From positions 1 through 64,000 of IMG/VR virus record IMGVR_UViG_3300042294_003292: a stretch of 64,000 nt of DNA; one strand, 5' to 3'. Of the stretch, positions 8,684 to 18,758 are shown one piece after another (position 1 is the first letter of the stretch; every line of letters begins with the position of its first letter). Both the position numbers and the translations under genes were made by a program. Origin of the DNA: a virus. The notes beneath the pieces were generated by a model. It was not told where the DNA came from. It was given only the letters and a program-made list of their open reading frames with translations, and searched no databases.

Positions 8684-10942
8684 TTATACCAGTAATGTTC
8701 CCATTACCTTGATTGTTGAGCCGTTATTTGTTGGGGTAACAAGAAGCCTTACGTTACCGTTGCTTACATCAGCAGTAATTGCTGACGCAGAGCCATTAGT
8801 TCCAACAACAGCGTACTCTGTAATCGCAATGTTGTCTGAAGAGTCAAGGGTCAAGAGAACCTCTGATACCTCAGTGTGTGATCCGTGTGCAACCTTTACT
8901 AGGAACTTTGCTGATCTGTAGTCTGCAGCTGCAAAGCTGTAGGCAACAACGCTTTGGGCGGCATCTCCAGAAGAAGCTGCTGCAACCTGAGTGGCAATTG
9001 AATTGATATCAATTTCATCAAAGTTTGGAACTACTGCTTCAAGAGCTGCTACTGCACGAGCGTCAGTAAAGTATAGGTTTGCATTTGGACCAGTGCCTTC
9101 AGCAAGATCATTGGTTGTAGAATCAGCTACTCCATTTTCTGCAACAAAGTCAATTTTGTTTGATCCACTGTTGTAGGATACAGAGATGTTTGTCTGAGTT
9201 CCACCGTTGATTACGTCTGCAATAGCCGAAACTGCTCGTTCTGGAGTAAAGTACTTGTTTGTAAGTCCTTCCACAAGATCGTCAGTATTAGAATCTGCAA
9301 CACCATTTTCTGCAGTAATGGTTAGACCATCTTCATTTCCAGTAATGGTAATGTTTGTCTTATTGGCATTTACCAAAAGATCTGCAGCAGATCCTTTTGC
9401 ACGAGCATCTGTGAAGTATTCGTTAGTAAGGCCTTCTTCGATGTCATCAGTGTTTAGAGCAGAAATTTCCTGATCTGTGTAGAGCTTTGCATCAGCTTCT
9501 GCATTATCTGCATAGCCCTGGTAGGCGGTTGTAATCGCATTTTCACGCTGATCTGTGTATGCCTTTGCATCAACTTCTGCATCGGCTGCATACCCCTGAG
9601 CAGCAGCGTCTAGGTCTGAGATTTCTCCGTCAACATAAGACTTAGTTGCTGTAACGGTGTCGTCAATTGCAAACGAGTTTCCATTTAGGACTAGACCAGT
9701 ACCTGCAACATACTCACCAGCACCAGAGAACTGGTCGAAGTTAATTGTGGATGTGCCTAGAGTAGTCACAGTATTTGTCTGAACCCATCCAGTACTTGCG
9801 TAAGTGTTACCTCCAGTTACGAAGGTAAAGTCACCACCCTGAATTTCTGCAGCAGAGTTGTAATCATCTGCACGTACCCAAGCACCAGGCTTGGCTAGAT
9901 AGATACCATTCTGAGTAGCATTTGACTGATCCTTAACAAGAACACGCTCATCTTCGTTCAGACCTACGCCATCAATTGTTAGCAAGCCACCTGTTGCAAG
10001 ATCTACGTTTGCAGTTGTTGCAGCAACAGCAGATGCGTGAACGTGTAGTCCCTCTGCAACTGCGTCTACGTACTGCTTTGTAGCTGCACCAAGTGCCTGG
10101 GTAGGGTCTCCAGGAAGAATAACATCACCAGTGAAGGTTGCTCCAGCAAGTGGTGCATATAGAGCTGCTGCAGCTGAAGCTGCTGAGCTAATTGCATCTG
10201 ACTCTGCCTGGTCTGCATAAGCCTTTAGAGAAGTGTCTAGTGCAGTAATTTCGTCATCTGTGTAGGAGTTGGCGGAACCAAGAGTTGCGGTATCTCCAGC
10301 GTCTACATAGTTCTTAGTTGTAGCATCTGTACCAGCAGTAGGTGTTCCAAGATCTTCAATCTTGTTACCGTTCATGTCTAGAGCTACTGAAAGGTTGGTT
10401 CCAGCTCCCAGTGTCTTGTTTGTAAGTGTCTGAGAATCGCTAGTGCCAACAACAGCTCCAGTTACACCGTGTACCCCAGTTGTAGCAGAGTTGTGTGTTC
10501 CAAGCTCAGTGTCGGTATAGGCTTCCGCAGCATCAATTGCTTCGCCCTTAGCGGTAGCAACCTCTGCATCAGTAGCAAAATCGCCATCGATTACAGCTTG
10601 AATCTGAACATTTGATGTACCATCAAACAATACTTCACCAGTAACATCACCAGTTAGCTCAATGGTACGAGCAGTTTCAAGTGCTGTTGCTGTATCTGCA
10701 TTACCAGTAACGTCACCAGCTAGATCTGCTGTAATTGTTCCAGCAGCAAAGTTACCAGAGGCATCACGCTTTACAACTGTGCTTGGTGTGTTATCTGGTG
10801 TAGCGGTACCGCCAATGAGATCAATAATGTAATCTTGATCATCTTCCTTTTTAGTCAAAACATCGTAGCCACCAACGGTTGCATTAGCACCTTCGACTAC
10901 TAGTCCAGACTTAATCTTAAAGTCTTTTACGACTGTTGCCAT
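8684..10942 (-). CDS. Tail fibre-like virion protein
   Basis: ATKxYVD repeats, three T(D/N)D(L/I)xEG..N.YFT..RA repeats, domain shared with 5675..8158 (LVKDQ...QNGI...TGWVQT...QFSGAG). Confidence 0.7.
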   Translation of the reverse strand: MATVVKDFKIKSGLVVEGANATVGGYDVLTKKEDDQDYIIDLIGGTATPDNTPSTVVKRDASGNFAAGTITADLAGDVTGNADTATALETARTIELTGDVTGEVLFDGTSNVQIQAVIDGDFATDAEVATAKGEAIDAAEAYTDTELGTHNSATTGVHGVTGAVVGTSDSQTLTNKTLGAGTNLSVALDMNGNKIEDLGTPTAGTDATTKNYVDAGDTATLGSANSYTDDEITALDTSLKAYADQAESDAISSAASAAAALYAPLAGATFTGDVILPGDPTQALGAATKQYVDAVAEGLHVHASAVAATTANVDLATGGLLTIDGVGLNEDERVLVKDQSNATQNGIYLAKPGAWVRADDYNSAAEIQGGDFTFVTGGNTYASTGWVQTNTVTTLGTSTINFDQFSGAGEYVAGTGLVLNGNSFAIDDTVTATKSYVDGEISDLDAAAQGYAADAEVDAKAYTDQRENAITTAYQGYADNAEADAKLYTDQEISALNTDDIEEGLTNEYFTDARAKGSAADLLVNANKTNITITGNEDGLTITAENGVADSNTDDLVEGLTNKYFTPERAVSAIADVINGGTQTNISVSYNSGSNKIDFVAENGVADSTTNDLAEGTGPNANLYFTDARAVAALEAVVPNFDEIDINSIATQVAAASSGDAAQSVVAYSFAAADYRSAKFLVKVAHGSHTEVSEVLLTLDSSDNIAITEYAVVGTNGSASAITADVSNGNVRLLVTPTNNGSTIKVMGTLLV

Positions 10943-10961
10943 TTTATATATCTCCTTTTAG

Positions 10962-11408
10962 TTATGCCTTAAGTCCCATACGAGCGAATCGTACAGTGAC
11001 TGGCTTAATAGCTGAATCTGGGGTAACAGTTAGTGCAACTGTATTTCCAGCTCTAGAGACAGTAATGGTGCCCATATTCCCATCGTTGTCTATTGTTCCA
11101 TATTCGTTAACAGAGACATTCTGTCCGTCAACCAATAAAGTAAGTTCTGTGGCGTAGAAGAGGTTGTCCCCCTGTGTGGTCTTTGATATAGAAACAATGT
11201 ACTTGACCATTCTCCACTGAGTTGCATCAAAAGTATCGATGATTGTTGGATTTTCAATACCAAAAATCTCATTCTCATTGTTTCCAAATGTTCCTAGGTC
11301 AGTAGCCTGACCAGCAACGGTGTCAATTAGATCTTCGTAGTCTGCCTGGCTAGGCCTGTCTCCAGTTTCGTATCTGGATTTTACATAGGGGATAGTTACT
11401 CTTGCCAT
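10962..11408 (-). CDS. Putative structural protein
   Basis: C-terminal domain similar to C-terminus of 8684..10942 (EYGTIDNDG vs EYAVVGTNG). Confidence 0.55.
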   Translation of the reverse strand: MARVTIPYVKSRYETGDRPSQADYEDLIDTVAGQATDLGTFGNNENEIFGIENPTIIDTFDATQWRMVKYIVSISKTTQGDNLFYATELTLLVDGQNVSVNEYGTIDNDGNMGTITVSRAGNTVALTVTPDSAIKPVTVRFARMGLKA

Positions 11409-11438
11409 GATTATTATTATAAATAGCTTTTTTAAAAA

Positions 11439-11663
11439 TCAGAGAATATAGTTGCTATAACCGATAATTTGTACGCCAATTCCTGGAACATTGTTATTTG
11501 AAAATCCAGGAATCTGAATTGATGTAAATCTTACTCGAAATGGTAACTCATCTAAAATCTTTACTCGTCCAGAACCATAAGATATCTTAGATCTAAAACT
11601 TCCAACCTCGTAGATCTTTCTAACCTTTTCTGGTTCAACAATCTTTATGGTTGCTTTTGCCAC
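11439..11663 (-). CDS. Hypothetical protein
   Basis: ORF coupled to upstream stop. Confidence 0.5.
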   Translation of the reverse strand: MAKATIKIVEPEKVRKIYEVGSFRSKISYGSGRVKILDELPFRVRFTSIQIPGFSNNNVPGIGVQIIGYSNYIL

Positions 11664-12073
11664 TAGTCAGTTACATCCTCTAGCACAATAACGCTACCCT
11701 GGGCAACTGTCCAGACTTTTGCGTCTTGTGGCAACGATAGCTGAATGTCAAAAATGTCGCCTGTTTCTAAAACCTGAGACTGATCAGCTGTAATTGATAC
11801 TGTAAATTCTCCTGGGCCGTCGTCTGGGGTAACGCTTGGAGTAAGATTCATTATTAGTGTAGCGTCATCAGAGATATCTCCTAATGACAATGAAGTATTA
11901 GGTCTCTTAATTTTCATATCAATTGACCAGTCTTGGATAACTAATGGCTGCTTAGCATCATCAACAGCAAATACCCGAAATGCAGCAGTATCCCCTCTTA
12001 CAAAGGTCCAAGATACGAATGGTGGCTTGTTTCCGACATCGACAAACCTAGAAGAACTTCTTGATACGGCCAT
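11663..12073 (-). CDS. Baseplate upper protein (BppU_N)-like domain protein
   Basis: RGDT..F...FDIQL..P...TVAQG..V..DVT pattern; paralogous to 17153 and 18346 genes. Confidence 0.5.
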   Translation of the reverse strand: MAVSRSSSRFVDVGNKPPFVSWTFVRGDTAAFRVFAVDDAKQPLVIQDWSIDMKIKRPNTSLSLGDISDDATLIMNLTPSVTPDDGPGEFTVSITADQSQVLETGDIFDIQLSLPQDAKVWTVAQGSVIVLEDVTD

Positions 12074-12101
12074 AAATAAATTATAACATAATTAAATAAT
12101 C

Positions 12102-12131
12102 TTGACAGTTTTACCCAAATAGTGGTATACT
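12102..12131 (+). promoter_or_regulatory. Housekeeping-sigma promoter for NlpC/SLT pair
   Basis: TTGACA-N18-TATACT. Confidence 0.6.
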
Positions 12132-12180
12132 TTTAGAACGAGACCCTTAAACAAGGTCTTTTTCCTTTAGGAGGTGCAAT

Positions 12181-12801
12181 TTGAATAAAAAAATTGCAAT
12201 AGTAGGATCAGTATTAGTTTTGCTTGGTTGCTCCTCAGCAACTACTGCAGAAGAGCGTGTTGTCTCGTCTGCAATTTTTTATGAATCAAAGGCTGCGCCA
12301 AATAGCCTAAATGCCCTCTTGGGCAAAGAAGACAGAGTTACCCTGTTAGAAAAAGCTGTCAAAGAACGAATAGAAAAAAGAGAGGCCCAGAAGGCCAAGA
12401 ATAGAGCAATTATTGAAAATCGGGTAGCTATTAGTAAAAGAACCAAAGAGCTTTCTAACTATGTTGGAAAAACTTGGTATGTTTTTTCTGGGTCTACCCC
12501 TGGTGGCTGGGACTGCTCTGGACTGGTTAAATGGTTCTACAAGGGTCTTGGAATTGAGCTTGAGCACTCAGCAACTAAACAAGCCAAATCTGGAATTCGT
12601 GTTAAAGAACCAGCAATAGGAGATATAGTTGCCTTTAAGCACTTTAGTTCCAAAAAATATTTCCATGTTGGAATCTATATTGGTGATGGAAAAATTATCC
12701 ACTCTAGAGAACCTGGAACGGTAACAGCAATATCAGAAATTACTGATAGCTGGTTTGATAGAAGTCATGTTCATTTTGTAAGAATTGTTGAGACGCAGTG
12801 A
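12181..12801 (+). CDS. NlpC/P60 peptidoglycan hydrolase, likely lipoprotein
   Basis: DCSGLV, HVGIYIGDGKIIH, LLGC lipobox-like signal, GGAGG RBS. Confidence 0.9.
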   Translation: MNKKIAIVGSVLVLLGCSSATTAEERVVSSAIFYESKAAPNSLNALLGKEDRVTLLEKAVKERIEKREAQKAKNRAIIENRVAISKRTKELSNYVGKTWYVFSGSTPGGWDCSGLVKWFYKGLGIELEHSATKQAKSGIRVKEPAIGDIVAFKHFSSKKYFHVGIYIGDGKIIHSREPGTVTAISEITDSWFDRSHVHFVRIVETQ

Positions 12802-13298
12802 AAATAATATTGCTAGGATTAGTGGCTGGAATTGCCATATCGGCATCTATGTCATTAGGGGAGCCTCACCTATCTACCGACTCACAATCGCTAAAGGTTT
12901 CTAATAACAACAACGTATCATTTGAGCGTGGTAGTTACGAAATTGTAAAGGCTAAAATTGACAGAAGCAGTCAGCTATCAAAAAAAGAACTTGAAAAAAT
13001 TCTTAGAATAGCTGGTTTTGATGACAGCAATATAGATATGGCTATTGCAATTGTTTATTATGAATCTACTTTTAGACCGATGGCACTAAACAGGTCTAGT
13101 AACTGCTATGGGCTATTTCAAATTAACATGAGCGGTTCACTTGGAGAAAGCCGTAGGAAAAAGTATGGCCTATCTTCAAACGAAGATCTTTTCAATCCAG
13201 TAATTAATGCATCTATTGCATACAAAATGTCTAATGGTGGCAAAAACTGGTCTGCATGGACAACAAGAGATCTTGCAGAGTCAAAAGTAAATAGCTAA
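12798..13298 (+). CDS. Secreted lytic transglycosylase (SLT-like)
   Basis: AIVYYES...YGLFQIN...WSAW, signal peptide. Confidence 0.8.
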   Translation: MKIILLGLVAGIAISASMSLGEPHLSTDSQSLKVSNNNNVSFERGSYEIVKAKIDRSSQLSKKELEKILRIAGFDDSNIDMAIAIVYYESTFRPMALNRSSNCYGLFQINMSGSLGESRRKKYGLSSNEDLFNPVINASIAYKMSNGGKNWSAWTTRDLAESKVNS

Positions 13299-13543
13299 AC
13301 TTCTTCTTTTTCCCACTTGTGTAGTGGACACTCTGCGTGAGCAATAGTTGTTTTTGCCCTCATGAAGCATCCGCACTTCTTACAAGTTTTTGTTGTTTGA
13401 ATTAACTCTGGGCAGATTTTACAAATATCATATCTTGCCTGAGCAATCTCCTTAGAGACATATTTGGTCTTTGGATTAACTAGGTCCCATGGCCTAGTCT
13501 CTCCCAGGTTTTCTTTCCACTGCTCCCACGGCGTTTTAGTCAT
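13295..13543 (-). CDS. Small Cys-rich (metal-binding) protein
   Basis: R..ICxxCP...CxxCGCFM..K......CP..KW; paralog at 20139. Confidence 0.7.
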   Translation of the reverse strand: MTKTPWEQWKENLGETRPWDLVNPKTKYVSKEIAQARYDICKICPELIQTTKTCKKCGCFMRAKTTIAHAECPLHKWEKEEV

Positions 13544-13775
13544 CTAGTTCGTACCCTGGCCCCTCATCGTGCTGGTGCGGATTAATTGCTGGCTTATATA
13601 AGACACCATCAATTATTCTCCAGGAAGGAGAAATGTCTTCAAACTGAGTTACCTCTATAATCTCAGGAGAAGAACGCATTCCAGCAATAACTGGCTCAAA
13701 AGTTGGTTCTTCTGGAATTCTCATTGTGTGAAAGATTTCACCATTTACGGCAAATGCAAAGATTTTATCTGTCAT
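13536..13775 (-). CDS. Hypothetical protein
   Basis: ATG 13775 preceded by TGATATAAT (leaderless). Confidence 0.6.
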   Translation of the reverse strand: MTDKIFAFAVNGEIFHTMRIPEEPTFEPVIAGMRSSPEIIEVTQFEDISPSWRIIDGVLYKPAINPHQHDEGPGYELDD

Positions 13776-13804
13776 AAAATAAATTATATCATTCCTGCCA
13801 ACAT

Positions 13805-14824
13805 TTAGCAACGTGGTGGACAGCCTGTTGAGAATCTAGGGAAGAATGGGAAGAATGGGAAGAATGGTGGGAAGAATGGACCGAATCTAGGAAAAAACGG
13901 TGGGAAAAATGGTGGGAAGAAGGGAGGGAAAAACGGTGGGAAAAATGGTGGGGTAGGGGCTGGACTAGAGCATCCCCTTGTCTGAATTCTTGAAGTTGAA
14001 GAACAGTCTGATGAATATGTCGTCATAGACCTATCCTGATAACCGCCAACACAAGAACTCCATGGCCCATAAACCGTTTCACCGCAACATCTAGAATCTG
14101 TTTCTTTGTATGTAGTGCAATCAGATCTGGTGCATGTCCTAGTTCCAGATTGCTGTCCTCCAGAGCAATCTGACCAAGTATACGAACCGCATCCTGTTGT
14201 GCAACAAGATCTTGTTGTTGTTTCTGTAACAACACTGCAATCGCTTCTTGTACACTGCCTTGTTCCTGTTTGAGTACCGCCAGAGCAGGCTGACCAAGTA
14301 TATGAACCACAATTAGCAGTGCACGTTGGGGCTGGTGCTACATAACCACATTGTGCAGAAAGGGCAACGCTTTGAGTTGTAGTAGTTGGGGAACATGCCT
14401 GAATTTGTGTAGAGCTTGAGCCATCGCTATACTGATATGTTACAGTTCTTTCTCTTGAGTATGTCTCTGTAATAATTAAAGTAGTTCCGCTACAAAACGT
14501 TGATGTTGTAAATTGTCCAGTATTAGCGCAAGACCCGTCTATTGTATTTATTAAAATTACTGATGGCTGTGGTGGGGATATATAAGATAAGAAAATGAAA
14601 CTTATCTCTGTCTCATAACTTATTAATGTTCCAGCATCTACAGATTGGGCAACAACTTTGTTGTCAAGGGCGCTATTGGTTGTTGAAGTTGTTGATGTTT
14701 CGCCAACAAATACGAGGTTTGAAGATGCTAATGCGCTCTTAGCTTCCTCCCTGGTAAGCCCATAAAGGTCTGGCATAACAACCATACCTTTTGATGAACC
14801 AAGTTTAGATAGAAGTCCTAGCAT
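13805..14824 (-). CDS. PASTA + Cys-rich TSP1-like repeats + (PPFF)n-GCPPRC tail protein
   Basis: MPDLYGLTREEA...VVAQSVDAGT (PASTA-like); three WSxCxGGxQ..R repeats; PPFF tail. Confidence 0.75.
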   Translation of the reverse strand: MLGLLSKLGSSKGMVVMPDLYGLTREEAKSALASSNLVFVGETSTTSTTNSALDNKVVAQSVDAGTLISYETEISFIFLSYISPPQPSVILINTIDGSCANTGQFTTSTFCSGTTLIITETYSRERTVTYQYSDGSSSTQIQACSPTTTTQSVALSAQCGYVAPAPTCTANCGSYTWSACSGGTQTGTRQCTRSDCSVVTETTTRSCCTTGCGSYTWSDCSGGQQSGTRTCTRSDCTTYKETDSRCCGETVYGPWSSCVGGYQDRSMTTYSSDCSSTSRIQTRGCSSPAPTPPFFPPFFPPFFPPFFPPFFPRFGPFFPPFFPFFPFFPRFSTGCPPRC

Positions 14825-14833
14825 CTCCTACCC

Positions 14834-15469
14834 CTATGCAGTCAAATCTCCAATTAGATACCAGGTGTTCTCTGCCTTTTTGATTAGCACAGCCTGAGAA
14901 AATCTTGATGAAATTTTTCTGTTTCCAAGCTTACTTAGAATAATGACCGTTTGAGCATTTGATGGGGCAAAGGAAGTTTGTCCAGTTCCAGCTTGAATAA
15001 ATCCAAACTGAGTTCCTACTGGAATGGGATCTTGTGCGTTTGTTGGTATCGTAACTGTATTATTTGTTGAAATATTGATTTCTATTGTTCTTCCAGCGTC
15101 TGATGAGGACAGTGTAAAGTTTGATGTTTTTTCTAGCAGGCTTGCGTTGTCACCATAAAGCCTCCAGGATCCATTAAAGTAATACTGAAGCTGGTTTAGG
15201 GCATTTCCAGATGCGTTGTTTCTTAAAAAAGAGATTGCTCCATTTTGAGGAGAAGGAATAAGGGAATCTCTTTGTGCGGGGTTATCAAAATTATTTACCC
15301 CTAACCTAGAAATTAGTCCACCAGATACAGAAAGGGAATTTGCAAAAGTGTGGCTGCCGCTCCAGTTAAAATCTTGGGCTGTGTCTACAGAACCAGCTAT
15401 TGGGAACCAGGTATCTGTTTCTTCGTTATAGATATAACCAAGCTTTCCAACTGAACTAATGTTAGACAT
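14834..15469 (-). CDS. Putative tail-associated protein
   Basis: C-terminal domain (TIPTNA...PVG...GTG...WYLIGDLTA) homologous to C-terminus of 5675..8158. Confidence 0.65.
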   Translation of the reverse strand: MSNISSVGKLGYIYNEETDTWFPIAGSVDTAQDFNWSGSHTFANSLSVSGGLISRLGVNNFDNPAQRDSLIPSPQNGAISFLRNNASGNALNQLQYYFNGSWRLYGDNASLLEKTSNFTLSSSDAGRTIEINISTNNTVTIPTNAQDPIPVGTQFGFIQAGTGQTSFAPSNAQTVIILSKLGNRKISSRFSQAVLIKKAENTWYLIGDLTA

Positions 15470-16347
15470 TACGCAATCTCCTTTGCTACTGCCTGAATAG
15501 TGTAACTAGCCGACTGCCCGTCAAAAGTTATCGTCTCTGATGACAAATTTTCAAGAACATAGGTTAGCAAAGATCCTTCTGGTACGGTTACGCTATCAAT
15601 GTAGTGTATCTGTGGCACAGAAGCTCCATCGAAGTAAAATGATCCGAGAAGTGTTGGTGATTGCCCTGAGTTAATAAATCTTCTTAGGCCAATATTTCCC
15701 TGAGCTGACTGAAGAGCTTTTCCAAAAACAAAAGAAACCTCTACTTTTGAATTATCCTTTGTCGTAGTAATTGCTGGAGCTAGAGGAACAAGCGCTCCTG
15801 AATTTTGATACCCAAAAATTGGAGCTATACCTAGGCCAGTCGCTGTTGCTGAGTCAAGTCCAACAATGCTGATTGATTGACCAGTAAGATCTACTACGTT
15901 AACTGCTCCTGCGGATGAAGAAGATCCAGAGGCCACTGTTTTCCAGGTCTCGTCCGCTTCGTCATAAACTTTAATTGCTTTTGTTACGCTATTTACCCAT
16001 AAAAGGCCATTCTCTTGAGCTGATGGCTGAGATTCTTGATAATATGCTACAAAAAAGTTTTCATATATTGGTGCATTTGAGGTTGCATCTACCCAAATAG
16101 CACCGTCTGCCTTGCTTGAAGGCTCATTTGGAGAATAGACAGAGCCAATTCCTAGTTGCTCTAGCGCTGTAAGCCTTACATTTGCTGCCTGCAGATGCCC
16201 AGCAACAGATGCTGGAGCTAGCTGTGAGATATTGGTTGGAACGGTTTTTGTCCCATAGTGAAAAATCTTCAAGGCATCCTGAATATTTGCATTTTCAGTA
16301 AGACTTGGTATCTGAGTCGAAAATATCGATCCTATTGATTCTGGCAT
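15469..16347 (-). CDS. Putative tail-associated protein
   Basis: EP....GAIWVD and QP....GLLWVN fibre repeats. Confidence 0.55.
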   Translation of the reverse strand: MPESIGSIFSTQIPSLTENANIQDALKIFHYGTKTVPTNISQLAPASVAGHLQAANVRLTALEQLGIGSVYSPNEPSSKADGAIWVDATSNAPIYENFFVAYYQESQPSAQENGLLWVNSVTKAIKVYDEADETWKTVASGSSSSAGAVNVVDLTGQSISIVGLDSATATGLGIAPIFGYQNSGALVPLAPAITTTKDNSKVEVSFVFGKALQSAQGNIGLRRFINSGQSPTLLGSFYFDGASVPQIHYIDSVTVPEGSLLTYVLENLSSETITFDGQSASYTIQAVAKEIA

Positions 16348-16396
16348 AGTTATGTAGTCTCCACGACTATTGTATCATAATACTATTAAAACATTG

Positions 16397-17149
16397 TTAT
16401 TGGGAATCTTGCTCTGAAGTGTTTCCAATATTTGCAGTTACCGCAATATTCAAAGATCTAATGCCAGTAAGGGGCTGCCAAGAAACTACGGGTAGCGTTG
16501 TTTCTGGGTCAATTATAACAGTTGACTCTAATGCGCTAATAAGTACTGGAAGAAATACCGTACCCTGAACTTCGTTAGCAAGAATTGGTCCAAGAGTTAC
16601 AGAGCTAGATATTGGATTATTTACGATACCGAGACCTGATGGGTTGTTTATTGGATCAAAAAGCTCTGGGTCGTTTTTTGCAAGAATACTATACTGAACG
16701 TTAAAATTAGCAGAATCTAGGATTCCTAATTCATCTATAGAGAAGAAGTCGTTCAATGGGAAAATTAGTCCTGGCAGCTTCTGCTCATTTACTGTTCTAA
16801 CTGCTTGGCCATTCAAAAACTCAACGTCAATATTGGCAATTGCTGTATTTGGAATTAGCCTTAAAATTCTTTCCCAGGTTGCAACACCATTTACATTTTG
16901 GTACTGATACAAAAATAGATATTCATTATCTGATGGCTTTAGATTAATATAGAAATCAAAAATTTGTGGTGTTGACTGTGCTGGAAGCGATGCAGAAAGA
17001 ATGGTGACATTATCATCAGTTGGCTTTCCATCACCAGTAAAGATATAGGTTCCTCTTGAGCCAGGTGGGCCGAAGTCTAGAGACAGGTTTAGTTCTGATG
17101 GCCCTCCTAGAACTGACAACTGGTCATTAGAAAATACAACATCTACCAT
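16397..17149 (-). CDS. Putative structural protein
   Basis: GPPGSRG...G.GKP motif; tail-cluster context. Confidence 0.5.
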   Translation of the reverse strand: MVDVVFSNDQLSVLGGPSELNLSLDFGPPGSRGTYIFTGDGKPTDDNVTILSASLPAQSTPQIFDFYINLKPSDNEYLFLYQYQNVNGVATWERILRLIPNTAIANIDVEFLNGQAVRTVNEQKLPGLIFPLNDFFSIDELGILDSANFNVQYSILAKNDPELFDPINNPSGLGIVNNPISSSVTLGPILANEVQGTVFLPVLISALESTVIIDPETTLPVVSWQPLTGIRSLNIAVTANIGNTSEQDSQ

Positions 17150-17152
17150 GTT

Positions 17153-17524
17153 TTATGCCCCAGTTACTTGATCTGTTATTGATAGGTTTCCAGTAAGGAG
17201 TGTAAAGACTTTGTTGTATGGCGAATCTGTTTTGTTGATTTCAACGTCATAGACATACTCTCTTGTTGCATCTAGTGCATCGCCATCGTCTGGTCTTATC
17301 GCACAAGTAATATGCGTTCTGTCTAGAGAGATTTCGGCATAAGCCTCTACCTTGGTTGGTCGACCATCAATACCTCTCTCAGTAGAGATAGTAAATTTAA
17401 CACCATTAATTCTGTCATAGCCTTCTAGGCTAAAGCTTTGCCCATTGGTTAGCTTCGGGTAGATCTTAAACTCGTACGTGTCACCACGGTAGTAGTTAAT
17501 ATTAAAATTAGCTGGAAATGCCAT
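17153..17524 (-). CDS. BppU_N-like domain protein
   Basis: YRGDTYEF...YVYDVEI...TLLTG...DQVT. Confidence 0.55.
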   Translation of the reverse strand: MAFPANFNINYYRGDTYEFKIYPKLTNGQSFSLEGYDRINGVKFTISTERGIDGRPTKVEAYAEISLDRTHITCAIRPDDGDALDATREYVYDVEINKTDSPYNKVFTLLTGNLSITDQVTGA

Positions 17525-17541
17525 AGGATTATTATAGCATG

Positions 17542-18249
17542 CTACATTACATAAACAGTAAAACTTTTAATCTTTAATAGGCAGTCATAATCTGACCGAA
17601 TTTCAGTAAAGATTCCGTTTTGTCTTTCGATCATTTTTTCAATGATCATGGCATGTTCTGTTGAGACGCTATATGTGTGGGGATACTTAAAGCTTGCCAA
17701 AAAGGTCGACTGCTCCTGCTCATCCATAGTTGATCTGCACCAAAGCTCTGTATTTGGGACAAGGCTCTCGACCTCAAATTCATATACAACCCTGACAATA
17801 GAGCCTATATTTAGGCCTTTTAGGTTTATTAGCTTAGAATTCTTGTTGTATAGCGTTCCGCTGCCATCTGGCAGATAGTCTTCTATAAATCTGTCGACAT
17901 CAACAGAAACCTTGACCCACCCCTCATCACCCTGGTCTGCCCCTAAACGATAAGTCTTTTTGCCAGAGTCGTAATATTTTGCAAATCCTGGGTTTTGGTT
18001 GTTTTTAAGGATAAATGGACTGCCATCTTTTCCATCTTTGCCATTCAGGCCTGGCTTTCCATCTTCGCCTTTTGGACCTCTTTCACCCTTGGGACCAACT
18101 TCTCCCTTTGGCCCCTGCTCTCCTCTTGGTCCCGCTGGTCCAGGAATAGATATAAAGTTTTCTTGCCTTGGAGCTGAGGTATTTTGAACTAGCTCAGCAT
18201 ATCTATTCTTAGACTCTACTGGAAATGACATATTTTTAGATAGTGCCAA
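17542..18249 (-). CDS. Collagen-like (GXY) protein
   Basis: GPAGPRGEQGPKGEVGPKGERGPKGEDGKPGLNGKDGKDG. Confidence 0.8.
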   Translation of the reverse strand: MALSKNMSFPVESKNRYAELVQNTSAPRQENFISIPGPAGPRGEQGPKGEVGPKGERGPKGEDGKPGLNGKDGKDGSPFILKNNQNPGFAKYYDSGKKTYRLGADQGDEGWVKVSVDVDRFIEDYLPDGSGTLYNKNSKLINLKGLNIGSIVRVVYEFEVESLVPNTELWCRSTMDEQEQSTFLASFKYPHTYSVSTEHAMIIEKMIERQNGIFTEIRSDYDCLLKIKSFTVYVM

Positions 18250-18259
18250 TTACAGCTCC

Positions 18260-18346
18260 TTATTTTTTAACTGGAAAAGACTTTCCGCCAACCTTAATTA
18301 CTGAGGGTAGATCTTTAGGGGTATTACTTACTCTTACAACTGGCAT
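18260..18346 (-). CDS. 28-aa small protein
   Basis: MPVVRVSNTPKDLPSVIKVGGKSFPVKK fills the gap between coupled genes. Confidence 0.5.
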   Translation of the reverse strand: MPVVRVSNTPKDLPSVIKVGGKSFPVKK

Positions 18347-18729
18347 TATAAGGACCCCGTAGTTACATCACTTAGAACTTTGATAGTTCCGATAAGTGGT
18401 GTCCAGATGGAGTTGTCCTCTAGTGTCACCTGCAAGTCAAATGGGAGCTCTGCTACAGTTTTAGTGAATCCAGATCCCCAAAATGCTGTTACTTCTGAAG
18501 AAACAATAATATTTACATATCCAGCATGGACATCGACTTCCAGTTCATCCAGGAAGTCTCCTCTGATGTCATAGGCGGTTGCAGCAAAAGACCAAGAAGA
18601 AGTGTCAAACTTAGTGACTTCGTCATCTTCTAGGAACTCTACTCTAATAGAGGCACTATCTCCTCTTACGACCTGCCAGGTAATATTGGCTGGGTCAGCA
18701 CCAAAAATTTCAGGGACACAAAGACTCAT
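18346..18729 (-). CDS. BppU_N-like domain protein
   Basis: VVRGDS...FDLQV...TPLIG.I.V..DVT. Confidence 0.55.
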   Translation of the reverse strand: MSLCVPEIFGADPANITWQVVRGDSASIRVEFLEDDEVTKFDTSSWSFAATAYDIRGDFLDELEVDVHAGYVNIIVSSEVTAFWGSGFTKTVAELPFDLQVTLEDNSIWTPLIGTIKVLSDVTTGSL

Positions 18730-18758
18730 AATACTATTATTATACCCCCATATAAAAG

